Positions 36,703 to 45,732 of a stretch of DNA of 64,000 nt are shown here, in pieces. The position numbers were made by a program, and so were the translations under genes. The stretch is taken from contig JBJXHC010000037.1 in NCBI GenBank assembly GCA_046160825.1, positions 4,799-68,798 on the forward strand. The letters run 5' to 3'. Positions within the stretch are counted from its first letter, which is position 1. The number at the start of each line of letters is the position of its first letter. The notes beneath the pieces are model-generated. The model had not been told where the DNA came from. It was given only the letters and a program-made list of their open reading frames with translations, and did not search any database. Source of the stretch: Bacteroidota bacterium (GTDB lineage Bacteria; Bacteroidota; Ignavibacteria; UBA10030; UBA6906).

Positions 36703-38552
36703 GTCTCTTCTCCGGGCAATGCAGGCTCTGCGAAGATCACCTTCTCGCGTTCAATAACAACCGTTCCCGGCGGCGCACCCTTGGGTTTGCGGACGTATTT
36801 TTTCTCGGTCATCGCCACAGGTACCATCTTTGCGTTTCTCATCTTACTGTAGTACGCGGCGATGGCCGCGGTTTGTTCCTTCGCTTTCTTGCTTGGTTCG
36901 CCTTTGCCTGTGCCGACCTTGAGCACAACGTGCGACCCGCTGGAACCGCGTGCATGGAACCAGAGGTCGTTCGGCTTTGCATGGCGTACGGTCAACAGGT
37001 CGTTGTTCTGACTGCTTTTGCCTGCCCAGACTTCGAAACCGCCATCCACCGTGAACACGCGGAACGGCAACTGCTCACGCTCCTTCCCCTTCACATCCAA
37101 CCCGAATTCTTCAAGCTCGCCCTGATGCTCTTCCATGAATGCCTTCAGTTCTTCCTGTGTATGCAGCCCATCGAGTTTGGCGAGCAGCGTCTCTGCCGAC
37201 GCGATTTTCGTACGTTGCTCTTCCAACCGTGCAACGCTCTGCTTCCGTGCAACGCGTGCGGATTTTGCCTTCTCAAAAAATCGTTGAGCGTTCTCCGTCG
37301 GTGCAAGGCGTACGTCAAGCTTGATGGTGAGTTCACCATCACCGTCACTCAAGCGGATCGAACCCTGACCTTTTGTAATTTCAGATAAGTGTGAAAGCAG
37401 GAGCTTGCCGGAACGCTCGTACTCCCCTTCACGGGGGACATTATCACTTTCCTTTTCCAGTGCGGTGACAGTCCGACGCGCCCGTTCCACCTGCGACCTC
37501 AATGGACCGATCACGCCGCCAACGCCAACATTCAATCGTTGTGTGGCCGACTGTCGGGAAAGGAAGAAGCGAACGGCCTGGTGGAGATCATCAAACTGCT
37601 TCGGTTCGGTGTCCGGAAGATGATGGAGTGGAACGATGGACAGCGCGACAGACTGATCGTCTTTCCCGGCCTCAACGTACACAAGGGGAACGGGAGATGC
37701 AATCTCGCGATGGAGATGAAGAAGAGAACTCTTGAGTTGTTCGATCTTCTCCGGTGGAAGTTCACCGGCCTTCTGTGAGGAGGTGATGCCGGCACGATGA
37801 AGCAGTTCCTTGATCAACGTTGGTCCCAGAGTTGGGTAAGCCGACTTGATCAGTCCTCCGATTGGTGATTGCGGATGAGATAAGATGCTCTCATCGATCA
37901 ATGTCAGGTCTGTGATGAGGGGTTCTTCCGGTTTGGGCTGATATGATTTTCCGGCATGGCGCGCAGCATCATGAAACGACGAAAGGACATTCATCTTCTC
38001 ATCAACCAGAAGAACATTGGACATCAACCCGAAAAACTGGGCATAGAGTGAACAGCCGTCATCCAGTCGAAGCCGTACCACCCGGTCGGAAGGATGGATG
38101 GTTGCGGAAAGTAATGTTGTGCCAACTACACCGGGGAGAACGTTTGCGGTATTTCTTTTGGCCCGTGCATAGTCAGGATGAAGATAGAGGGAACCGGCAT
38201 GAGGCCGACACGAGAATACCAACGCGGAGGATTCCCCCTCGAACCCGATCACAAGTTCGTCTTTGTGTTGGGTAAAGACCCCGGCAATCCTCTTCCCACG
38301 TAAGCGCGAGTCAATGCCAACGGTCAGCCAGTGTAGCGTGTAGTAATTACTTAGCATAGGTGTTGTCAACAATATATTGAAAAGCGCCTCTTTTGCCAAA
38401 GCAGCGTCGGTTTGGTGTGGATAACTTGTTGATTCGGATGTTTGAAATCTGTGCGAAAGTTTCAATTGCAACTCCATCCCGTATTGCTTAGTTTTATGCT
38501 CCAAACCTAGCAAAGAGGATGTATGATAGCCAGTATGACCGGCTATGGCCAT
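36699..38552 (-). CDS. rqcH: NFACT-family RNA-binding protein (RqcH/FbpA-like, ribosome quality control)
   Basis: NFACT-N region plus NFACT-R/DUF814 'VFTVDGGFEVWAGKSSQNNDLLTVRHAKPNDLWFHARGSSGSHVVLK'. 617 aa. Confidence 0.8.
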   Translation of the reverse strand: MAIAGHTGYHTSSLLGLEHKTKQYGMELQLKLSHRFQTSESTSYPHQTDAALAKEALFNILLTTPMLSNYYTLHWLTVGIDSRLRGKRIAGVFTQHKDELVIGFEGESSALVFSCRPHAGSLYLHPDYARAKRNTANVLPGVVGTTLLSATIHPSDRVVRLRLDDGCSLYAQFFGLMSNVLLVDEKMNVLSSFHDAARHAGKSYQPKPEEPLITDLTLIDESILSHPQSPIGGLIKSAYPTLGPTLIKELLHRAGITSSQKAGELPPEKIEQLKSSLLHLHREIASPVPLVYVEAGKDDQSVALSIVPLHHLPDTEPKQFDDLHQAVRFFLSRQSATQRLNVGVGGVIGPLRSQVERARRTVTALEKESDNVPREGEYERSGKLLLSHLSEITKGQGSIRLSDGDGELTIKLDVRLAPTENAQRFFEKAKSARVARKQSVARLEEQRTKIASAETLLAKLDGLHTQEELKAFMEEHQGELEEFGLDVKGKEREQLPFRVFTVDGGFEVWAGKSSQNNDLLTVRHAKPNDLWFHARGSSGSHVVLKVGTGKGEPSKKAKEQTAAIAAYYSKMRNAKMVPVAMTEKKYVRKPKGAPPGTVVIEREKVIFAEPALPGEET

Positions 38553-39401
38553 GGCGTGGCCACCCGGAGCGGAATTACCGTCTCCGTGGAAGTCAGGAGC
38601 GTAAATAGCCGGTTTCTTGAGGTGACCACCCGTCTCCCCCGTTCGCTTTCCCTTCGCGAAAATGAGATAAAGGAAATCATCCGGAAACGCGCTTCCCGCG
38701 GGAAGGTAACACTTCTCGTCGGGGTTGAGCGGGAAACGGCCAATGATCTCGCATTGAAGATCAACGTTCCCGCCGCGAAGGCGTATTATAAATTATTGAA
38801 CCAGTTGCGTAAGAGTGTGAAGCTGCGGGAGACAGTGAAGCTTGAACACCTGCTCCGCTTCTCCGAGGTTATTGAGCCACAGGAAATTGAGAACAGTGAT
38901 GACGCGGAATGGGTAATCCTTCAGCAGGCGCTGAACGAGGCGCTGAGCAACCAGACGACCATGAGGGTGCAGGAGGGCGGGGAGCTTAAAAGGGATTTCT
39001 TTCAACGTATCGCTTCCATTGAGAAGACGTTGGAAAAAATTGAAGTCCTGTCGCGTGAACAAGTCCCCAACGAACGGATCCGGTTACGTGAGAGGATCCA
39101 GCAGTTCCTCGAAAAGGAATCCATTGATGAAGGACGCCTCGAACTGGAATTGACGATGCTTGCCGATCGTCTCGACGTTACCGAAGAGTGCGTCCGATTC
39201 AGGAGTCACAACAAGTTCTTTCTTGAAGCGATGGACAACGATGAACCCGCCGGACGTAAATTGAACTTCCTTATCCAGGAAATGAATCGTGAGGCAAACA
39301 CGATAGGCTCCAAATCCAGTGCCTCGGAAATTGCGCATCTTATTGTGGGAGTGAAGGAAGAGCTGGAGAAGATCCGGGAGCAACTACAGAATATCGAGTG
39401 A
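38523..39401 (+). CDS. yicC: YicC-family stress-induced protein
   Basis: 'MIASMTGYGHG...SVEVRSVNSRFLEV' N-terminus and C-terminal DUF1732 region. Followed by gmk, as in the conserved yicC-gmk-rpoZ arrangement. Confidence 0.8.
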   Translation: MIASMTGYGHGVATRSGITVSVEVRSVNSRFLEVTTRLPRSLSLRENEIKEIIRKRASRGKVTLLVGVERETANDLALKINVPAAKAYYKLLNQLRKSVKLRETVKLEHLLRFSEVIEPQEIENSDDAEWVILQQALNEALSNQTTMRVQEGGELKRDFFQRIASIEKTLEKIEVLSREQVPNERIRLRERIQQFLEKESIDEGRLELELTMLADRLDVTEECVRFRSHNKFFLEAMDNDEPAGRKLNFLIQEMNREANTIGSKSSASEIAHLIVGVKEELEKIREQLQNIE

Positions 39402-39964
39402 TGGCGCAGGGCAAGCTTATTGTTATTTCCGCGCCAAGCGGCTCCGGCAAAACGACGATTGCACGGGAGATTATGAAGCGCAACCCCGGACTGGGGTTTT
39501 CGGTTTCGGCAACGACACGCAAACGTCGCGACACCGAGATTGATGGCAGAGATTATTTCTTTCTGACGGATGAAGAGTTCAGGCGCAGGGTTGCCGCGGG
39601 AGAATTTGTGGAATGGGAAGAGATGTACGGCAACCTGTACGGCACATTGAAAACGGAAATTGATCGTGCGATTTCCAACGGCCAGCACCTGGTGTTTGAT
39701 GTTGACGTCAAGGGCGGGCGCTCAATAAAAGAACTCTACACGGATGCACTCCTGATTTTTATTTGCCCCCCATCGCTCGATACCCTGAAGCAGCGGTTGA
39801 CGGGAAGACGTACCGAAGACGAAGCCGCACTTGCGCGGCGCCTGGATCGCGTGCCGATGGAAATGGAAATGGGGAAGGGATTTGATATCACGGTTGTCAA
39901 CGATGATCTCGAGCGGGCAACTGCCGAGGTGGACAGAATAGTGAAACATCATGTACATTCATAG
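39398..39964 (+). CDS. gmk: Guanylate kinase
   Basis: P-loop 'ISAPSGSGKTTIAREI' and GMP-binding 'SATTRKRRDTEIDGRDYFFLTDEEF'. Confidence 0.9.
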   Translation: MMAQGKLIVISAPSGSGKTTIAREIMKRNPGLGFSVSATTRKRRDTEIDGRDYFFLTDEEFRRRVAAGEFVEWEEMYGNLYGTLKTEIDRAISNGQHLVFDVDVKGGRSIKELYTDALLIFICPPSLDTLKQRLTGRRTEDEAALARRLDRVPMEMEMGKGFDITVVNDDLERATAEVDRIVKHHVHS

Positions 39965-39975
39965 AGGAGAGAACA

Positions 39976-40329
39976 ATGGCAATCAAGCCTATTGACATCG
40001 AGGCATTTTCCGGACACGCAAAGAATATTCACGAAGCTATCGTTGCGACTTCCAAGCGGGCACGCCAGATCAATGAAGAGATCAAGATTGAATTCAGCCA
40101 GCGCGTCGAACTTGTCGCCCCGAAAACCGAATCGGAGAACGAGGAGAACGACATCAACCCGGATCAGCTCAAGGTGAGTCTTGAGTTCGAGAAACGTCCT
40201 AAGCCGACTGATACGGCGCTGGATGAACTGATGACCGGAAACTTGCAGTGGCGCTACAAGGAACGCGAAGAACCGGTCAAGCCGGCCGCCGAGGAAGCTG
40301 CGGAAGAATCAGACGAGTCTGAAGAATAG
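39976..40329 (+). CDS. rpoZ: DNA-directed RNA polymerase subunit omega
   Basis: 'HEAIVATSKRARQINEE' core. Acidic C-terminal tail. Position between gmk and coaBC. Confidence 0.7.
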   Translation: MAIKPIDIEAFSGHAKNIHEAIVATSKRARQINEEIKIEFSQRVELVAPKTESENEENDINPDQLKVSLEFEKRPKPTDTALDELMTGNLQWRYKEREEPVKPAAEEAAEESDESEE

Positions 40330-40332
40330 GGA

Positions 40333-41550
40333 ATGCTGCACGGGAAACACATAGTGCTCGGAGTTACCGGCGGCATTGCGGCATATAAAAGCGCCTGGCT
40401 TGTTCGCGAGCTTGTAAAAGCAGGCGCCGATGTGCAGGTGGTAATGACGAGAAATGCAACGCAGTTTGTAACACCGCTTACTCTTTCCACCCTCTCCAGG
40501 CGCGAAGTAATCATCGAACTGTTCCCGGCGTCCGGCGATCAGTCCACCGACCAGTGGACGAAGCATATTGATCTCGCGCTGTGGGCAGACATCATGTTTA
40601 TCGCTCCGGCAACAGCCAACACCATGGCGAAGATCGTCCATGGCATGGCGGATGATTTTCTCACCACGCTGGTGCTTGCCCTTCGTTGTCCTCTGGCGCT
40701 CGCTCCTGCCATGGATGTCGATATGTACAAGAACGATACGACGCAACGCAACATAGACGCGTTGCGACAGTCGGGTTGCCTTGTCCTTGATCCGGAAGAA
40801 GGCGAACTTGCCAGCGGGTTATCGGGACCCGGACGGTTGCCGGAGATTGAGCGCCTCGTGAAGTTTGTTGATGGCATTCTCGATAAAGTACACCAGGATC
40901 TCAAGGGTCGTAAAGTGCTCGTTACCGCCGGTCCGACCCATGAACCGATTGATCCCGTCCGGTTCATCGGGAATCGATCCTCAGGCAGGATGGGATTCGC
41001 GCTTGCCAATGCTGCCGCGCAACGCGGCGCAGACGTCACGCTCGTCAGCGGGCCTGTAGAGTTGCGCACGCCGCGCAACACCCGCCGCGTGGATGTGGAG
41101 ACAGCAGAACAAATGAAGACGGCGGTGGAAAAAGAATTCCCTTCCGCTGATCTCGTGGTCATGTCTGCAGCCGTTGCTGATTTTACCCCGGCCAATGTTG
41201 CAGAGAAGAAGATGAAGCGGGAGGCCTCTGCCGGTGATACCATGAATCTGGAATTGAAAAAGAACCCCGACATCCTCCGTGGACTCGGGGAGAAAAAATT
41301 GCGCCAGGTGCTTGTCGGCTTTGCACTCGAAACCAACGACGGCGTTGCCAACGCGAAGAAAAAACTCTCATCCAAAAATCTTGATGTCGTTGTTCTGAAT
41401 ACTGTTGGAGAAGAAGGCGCGGGTTTCGGCACCGAGACGAACATTGTCACCGTTATAACACCCGACGGTACGGTGGAACGTCTCCCCAAGATGTCCAAGT
41501 TCGATGTGGCACACGAGATTTTGAACAGAGTCGTTCCCCTGTTGAAGTAA
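40333..41550 (+). CDS. coaBC: Bifunctional phosphopantothenoylcysteine decarboxylase / phosphopantothenate-cysteine ligase
   Basis: Flavoprotein N-terminus 'HIVLGVTGGIAAYKSAWLVREL' and CoaB C-terminal domain 'VTAGPTHEPIDPVRFIGNRSSGRMG'. Confidence 0.9.
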   Translation: MLHGKHIVLGVTGGIAAYKSAWLVRELVKAGADVQVVMTRNATQFVTPLTLSTLSRREVIIELFPASGDQSTDQWTKHIDLALWADIMFIAPATANTMAKIVHGMADDFLTTLVLALRCPLALAPAMDVDMYKNDTTQRNIDALRQSGCLVLDPEEGELASGLSGPGRLPEIERLVKFVDGILDKVHQDLKGRKVLVTAGPTHEPIDPVRFIGNRSSGRMGFALANAAAQRGADVTLVSGPVELRTPRNTRRVDVETAEQMKTAVEKEFPSADLVVMSAAVADFTPANVAEKKMKREASAGDTMNLELKKNPDILRGLGEKKLRQVLVGFALETNDGVANAKKKLSSKNLDVVVLNTVGEEGAGFGTETNIVTVITPDGTVERLPKMSKFDVAHEILNRVVPLLK

Positions 41551-41586
41551 CACTGATTCGTTCCATTCCATTTTATTCTCTTCCCG

Positions 41587-42393
41587 ATGGCCGACGACAA
41601 CGCCAATGGTGTCCGCACAGCAACGGTTCTCCTGCGTGACATTGAATTCTTTCTGAAACAGGAACGCGATCTCTTTGGTGAGGCGCTTCTTGTCGAACAA
41701 TCAACCCCACCACCCACGAAAGAACCCATCATGCCAGTCCGTAATGAGGTGTTCACGGCAGAGCCACCGCTGTTTCAACTGCCCGATCCCGCAGTCCTGC
41801 CTGTCACCAACGAGCCCTGGGGAACGGCAACAACTCTTGCGGAGTTGAACAGCCAGATATGCAACTGCATGAAATGTGCGCTCGGAGCAACGCGAACAAA
41901 GTTTGTCTTCGGGGTCGGTAATCCCAATGCAACACTCATGATTGTAGGCGAAGCGCCCGGCGCAGATGAAGACGCGCAAGGTGAGCCGTTCGTCGGCAGG
42001 GCCGGACAGTTGTTGAATAAGATTCTCGAAGCAATCAATTTCAAGAGGGAAGAGGTATTCATCTGCAACATTCTGAAATGCAGACCGCCGAACAACAGGA
42101 AGCCGCAATCCGAAGAGGTGGAACAATGCATACCGTACTTGAAGAAGCAAATCCAACTTGTGAAGCCGAGAGTGATCCTGTGTCTTGGCCTGACAGCCGC
42201 CGAGAATCTTCTCGGCACAACCGAGAGTCTTGGCAAACTGCGCGGCCGTGTAATGAAATATGAGGGCATACCGCTCATGGTAACGTACCACCCCGCAGCG
42301 CTTTTGCGCAACCCGAATTGGAAACGTCCGGCGTGGGAAGACGTACAAGCCGTGCGGAAACTGCACGATGAACTCGTGATGCAACAACAATAA
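41587..42393 (+). CDS. Uracil-DNA glycosylase, family 4, with ~90-aa N-terminal extension
   Basis: '[50 protein letters not shown]' (4Fe-4S Cys motif and GEAPG). The true start may be downstream (for example M49). Confidence 0.8.
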   Translation: MADDNANGVRTATVLLRDIEFFLKQERDLFGEALLVEQSTPPPTKEPIMPVRNEVFTAEPPLFQLPDPAVLPVTNEPWGTATTLAELNSQICNCMKCALGATRTKFVFGVGNPNATLMIVGEAPGADEDAQGEPFVGRAGQLLNKILEAINFKREEVFICNILKCRPPNNRKPQSEEVEQCIPYLKKQIQLVKPRVILCLGLTAAENLLGTTESLGKLRGRVMKYEGIPLMVTYHPAALLRNPNWKRPAWEDVQAVRKLHDELVMQQQ

Positions 42394-42410
42394 GCGTTGA
42401 AGGAATTCTG

Positions 42411-43838
42411 ATGGAAGCATTAGTACGTCGAGGGATTGATCTTGTCGTGGAGCGCCCCGAGGGACGTATACCACCGCAAGCCGTGGATATTGAGTCGCAG
42501 GTGATTGGAGCGATGCTGCTGGAGCGCGAAGCCATCGCGCGCGTCATTGAGGTGCTGGATGAAGACGCGTTCCATGCAGACTATCATCGAAAGATCTACC
42601 AGGCGATTCTCGCAATGTTCGACCGCTCGGAGCCTGTCGATACCATCACGATTGCCGAAGAACTCCGCCGCCGCGGCCATCTGGAATTGATTGGAGGAGA
42701 AGCGTACCTCGTCGAGTTGACGATGAAGGTCACTTCCGCCGCCAACGTGGAATACCACGCAAAGATCGTCTTGGAAAAATCGCTGATGCGCAACCTGATT
42801 ACCGCGACTTCGAGTGTCACTGTGCGCGCATATCAACCAACAGAGGACGCATTCGATTTGCTGGACGAGGCGGAACAGGCCATCTTCCAGATTTCAGAAA
42901 AGCGCCTCCGGAAGAGCTTCGTCTCGATGCACAAGGCCGTCCATGACACGATCGAGATGCTGGAGAGCATTCATGGGAAACACAGCGGCGTGACCGGTGT
43001 TCCCACGGGTTTCCGCGAGTTGGATACGCTTACAGGCGGATGGCAAAGCTCCGACCTGATTATTATTGCAGGCCGTCCGAGTTCCGGAAAGACTGCCTTT
43101 GCGCTTTCCCTTGCGCGCAACGCAGCGATGCACAATGATAAACCGACCGGCGTTGGAATCTTCTCCCTTGAAATGTCCACGCAACAACTCGTCATGCGTC
43201 TTCTCTGTGCGGAAGCAAAAGTCGATGCCCACGCCGTGCGCACCGGACGTTTGCCTGAGGACGATTGGAAGCGATTGAGCATTGCCGCCGGACGTTTAAC
43301 AAATTCCAATATCTATATAGACGATACGGCTTCGCTTGGTATCCTCGAATTGCGAGCGAAAGCCCGTCGATTGAAAGCAGAGCGCAACATCGGTCTTCTT
43401 GTTGTTGATTACCTTCAGTTGATGCAGGGCCCGAAGAATTCGGAAAGTCGTGAGAAGGAAATTTCCGCCATCTCACGTTCACTCAAGGCGCTGGCGAAAG
43501 AATTGAATATTCCCGTTCTCGCTCTCTCGCAGTTGAGCCGCGCAGTGGAAGCCCGCAACGACAAACGTCCGATCCTTTCCGACCTTCGCGAGTCGGGTGC
43601 AATCGAACAGGATGCAGACGTTGTGGCATTCGTTCACCGGCCCGAGATGTACACGGACCCCAATTCCGACGGCTTCCGCGAAGTTGCAGGCCAGGCCGAT
43701 ATCATTGTTGGCAAGCAGCGTAACGGTCCGATTGACGACGTGAAGCTGGCGTTCGTTCACAAGTATGCGCGCTTCGAGAATCTTGCGCCAATGTCATTCG
43801 ATATGTTGCCGGCAGGTACGGATGAGCAACCATTCTAA
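42411..43838 (+). CDS. dnaB: Replicative DNA helicase
   Basis: N-terminal domain '[18 protein letters not shown]'. Walker A '[22 protein letters not shown]'. RecA-like C-terminal domain. No intein insertion visible. Confidence 0.9.
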   Translation: MEALVRRGIDLVVERPEGRIPPQAVDIESQVIGAMLLEREAIARVIEVLDEDAFHADYHRKIYQAILAMFDRSEPVDTITIAEELRRRGHLELIGGEAYLVELTMKVTSAANVEYHAKIVLEKSLMRNLITATSSVTVRAYQPTEDAFDLLDEAEQAIFQISEKRLRKSFVSMHKAVHDTIEMLESIHGKHSGVTGVPTGFRELDTLTGGWQSSDLIIIAGRPSSGKTAFALSLARNAAMHNDKPTGVGIFSLEMSTQQLVMRLLCAEAKVDAHAVRTGRLPEDDWKRLSIAAGRLTNSNIYIDDTASLGILELRAKARRLKAERNIGLLVVDYLQLMQGPKNSESREKEISAISRSLKALAKELNIPVLALSQLSRAVEARNDKRPILSDLRESGAIEQDADVVAFVHRPEMYTDPNSDGFREVAGQADIIVGKQRNGPIDDVKLAFVHKYARFENLAPMSFDMLPAGTDEQPF

Positions 43839-44712
43839 AGCCGCATCTTCGAGACGCGAGTTTCTCAAAACAGCGATCCTCCTTACCGCGGGGTCTGTGG
43901 CATTCCGCCCGCGTTCGTTTGCAAAGCCCCACGTGAGCGATGATGAGTGGATCGTTGCGGCAAAGTTTGCGCTGGCCAGGAAGGAAGCGCTTGCCCAACG
44001 GCCCATCGGCGAAGTGATGGCCGCTATCGGCGCATCGTTTATCGGAACGCCATACGCGGCCAATACACTTGAACTCCCCGGCGACGAGCGGCTTGTCGTC
44101 AACCTCCACGGCCTCGATTGCGTCACGTTTGTGGAGAATACGCTTGCCCTTTCCCGTTGCGTCAAGTCGGGGAAGACTGACTTCGGAACATTCAATGATC
44201 AATTGCGTTTGATTCGGTACAGGGATGGGGTGCTCGACGGGTACGCGAGCCGACTCCATTACTTCTCCGAATGGATTCAGAACAACGGTAAGAAGGACAT
44301 TGTGAAAGATGTTGCGCGAGAGATTGGCGTCGAGGAGTATACCAAGAAGATCACGTTCATGTCATCCCACCGTGAATCGTACAAGCAATTGAAGGACGAT
44401 GCGGTGTACGAAAGCATCAGGGAGATTGAAGATGCGCTCAACACACAGACACGGTACCTCATTCCCAAGGACAAGGTGGAGAGCCTCGAAGCCGGCTTCA
44501 ACAGCGGCGACATCATTGCCATCACCACAACAATTGATGGACTGGATGTTTCGCACACGGGTTTGGCGTACCGCGAGAACGGCATACTCAAATATCTCCA
44601 CGCCCCGCTCTCCGGCGGCGCAGTACAGATCAGCGGGAATCCATTGTGGGAATATCTCGCACGCAACAAAAAGGCAACCGGCGTGATGGTTGCCCGTCCT
44701 CTTGAGCCATAA
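43822..44712 (+). CDS. Tat-exported DUF1460 domain protein
   Basis: Start placed at ATG 43822 ('[30 protein letters not shown]', twin-arginine signal). 'LDCVTFVENTLALSRC' is typical of DUF1460. The track ORF begins 57 nt earlier, inside dnaB. Confidence 0.7.
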   Translation: MSNHSKAASSRREFLKTAILLTAGSVAFRPRSFAKPHVSDDEWIVAAKFALARKEALAQRPIGEVMAAIGASFIGTPYAANTLELPGDERLVVNLHGLDCVTFVENTLALSRCVKSGKTDFGTFNDQLRLIRYRDGVLDGYASRLHYFSEWIQNNGKKDIVKDVAREIGVEEYTKKITFMSSHRESYKQLKDDAVYESIREIEDALNTQTRYLIPKDKVESLEAGFNSGDIIAITTTIDGLDVSHTGLAYRENGILKYLHAPLSGGAVQISGNPLWEYLARNKKATGVMVARPLEP

Positions 44713-44748
44713 AATTTTATTCATACCTACAACATGAAAGGCCACAAC

Positions 44749-45525
44749 ATGAAACACATAGCAACGCTTCTTGCGGTTCTGGTATTTGCGACCACACCCC
44801 TCGTTGCACAGGGAATGTACTGGGAGAGTATGACCACAACAAAAACCTCCGATGGCAAGGGACCCGTCACGAAGTACTATTACATGCCGAAGAAATTCAA
44901 ATCGGTGGATGAAGGTCAAACCGCCATTATGCGTCTCGACAAGGAGCTGATGATGCTGGTAGATCACGAGAAGAAGACCTACTGGCAGATGACGTTCGAT
45001 GAGATGGAATCCATGATGAAGGACATGGGCGGCAAGATGGATGAGGCGATGAAGCAGATGGAGAAGGAAATGGCCGGCATGGATCCCGAACAACGGAAAA
45101 TGGTGGAGCAGATGATGGGAAAGAAAATGGGAGGAGGGAGCCAGGAAGCCGTGGAGGTGGATAAAAGCTCAGACACGAAAAGCATCAGCGGGTACAAGTG
45201 TATAAAGTACACACTGAAGCAGGGCGACGATGTGATGGCGACCGTGTGGGCGACGAAAGAACTTGCAAGCTCGGAGGCCATGCGCAAAGAACTGGACGAG
45301 TTTGCAAAGCGCATGTCCGCCATGATGCCGAAGGGGATGGAAAACATCGTGAAGAAATCCATCAACACTATTGACGGTTTCCCGATTCAGACCGAGATGA
45401 AAGGCGGCTCGTTGATGACCGTGACGAAAATTGAAAAGACCTCGGTTGCCGCAAGTGAGTTCGAGGTCCCGACGGGCTACACGAAGGAAGACCCGCCGAT
45501 GATGGGCAAGCCGGAGAGAGAGTAA
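44749..45525 (+). CDS. Secreted Met/Lys/Glu-rich hypothetical protein (DUF4412-like)
   Basis: Signal peptide 'MKHIATLLAVLVFATTPLVAQG'. Repetitive Met/Lys-rich middle ('MMKDMGGKMDEAMKQMEKEMAGMDPEQRKMVEQMMGKKMGGG'). Confidence 0.5.
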   Translation: MKHIATLLAVLVFATTPLVAQGMYWESMTTTKTSDGKGPVTKYYYMPKKFKSVDEGQTAIMRLDKELMMLVDHEKKTYWQMTFDEMESMMKDMGGKMDEAMKQMEKEMAGMDPEQRKMVEQMMGKKMGGGSQEAVEVDKSSDTKSISGYKCIKYTLKQGDDVMATVWATKELASSEAMRKELDEFAKRMSAMMPKGMENIVKKSINTIDGFPIQTEMKGGSLMTVTKIEKTSVAASEFEVPTGYTKEDPPMMGKPERE

Positions 45526-45732
45526 CCGGGCAACCGCAACGGGTGGTGTTTTTGCAAGGCAGGTCACACGGCGGTAGTGTCTCAGTTTCAATTCAATGTC
45601 AGACTGAGCGTAGTCGAAGCCTGTGGTGTGTACAGATTTCACCCTTCCGCCTCGGCGAGCCTTCGGCGAGACGGGTCGACTCAGGGTGACTATTTTGCAT
45701 TGCGTTGGGTCAAGTGAAGACACCATCCCGTC

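Noticed and set aside
40539-41756. 405-aa ORF antisense to coaBC. Similar long antisense ORFs lie at 41701-42474 (-), 36423-37388 (+), 44362-45093 (-), 14867-15508 (-), 30640-31341 (+), 45169-45804 (-), 11526-12071 (-) and 12363-12926 (-).
   Set aside because: Each lies opposite a gene with strong homology-level motifs. Their compositions are Arg/Ser/Pro- or His-rich and non-protein-like, as expected from stop-codon-poor antisense frames in GC-rich DNA.
45540-45580. Possible terminator after the DUF4412-like gene (GTTTTTG run)
   Set aside because: I could not find a convincing stem preceding the T-run.
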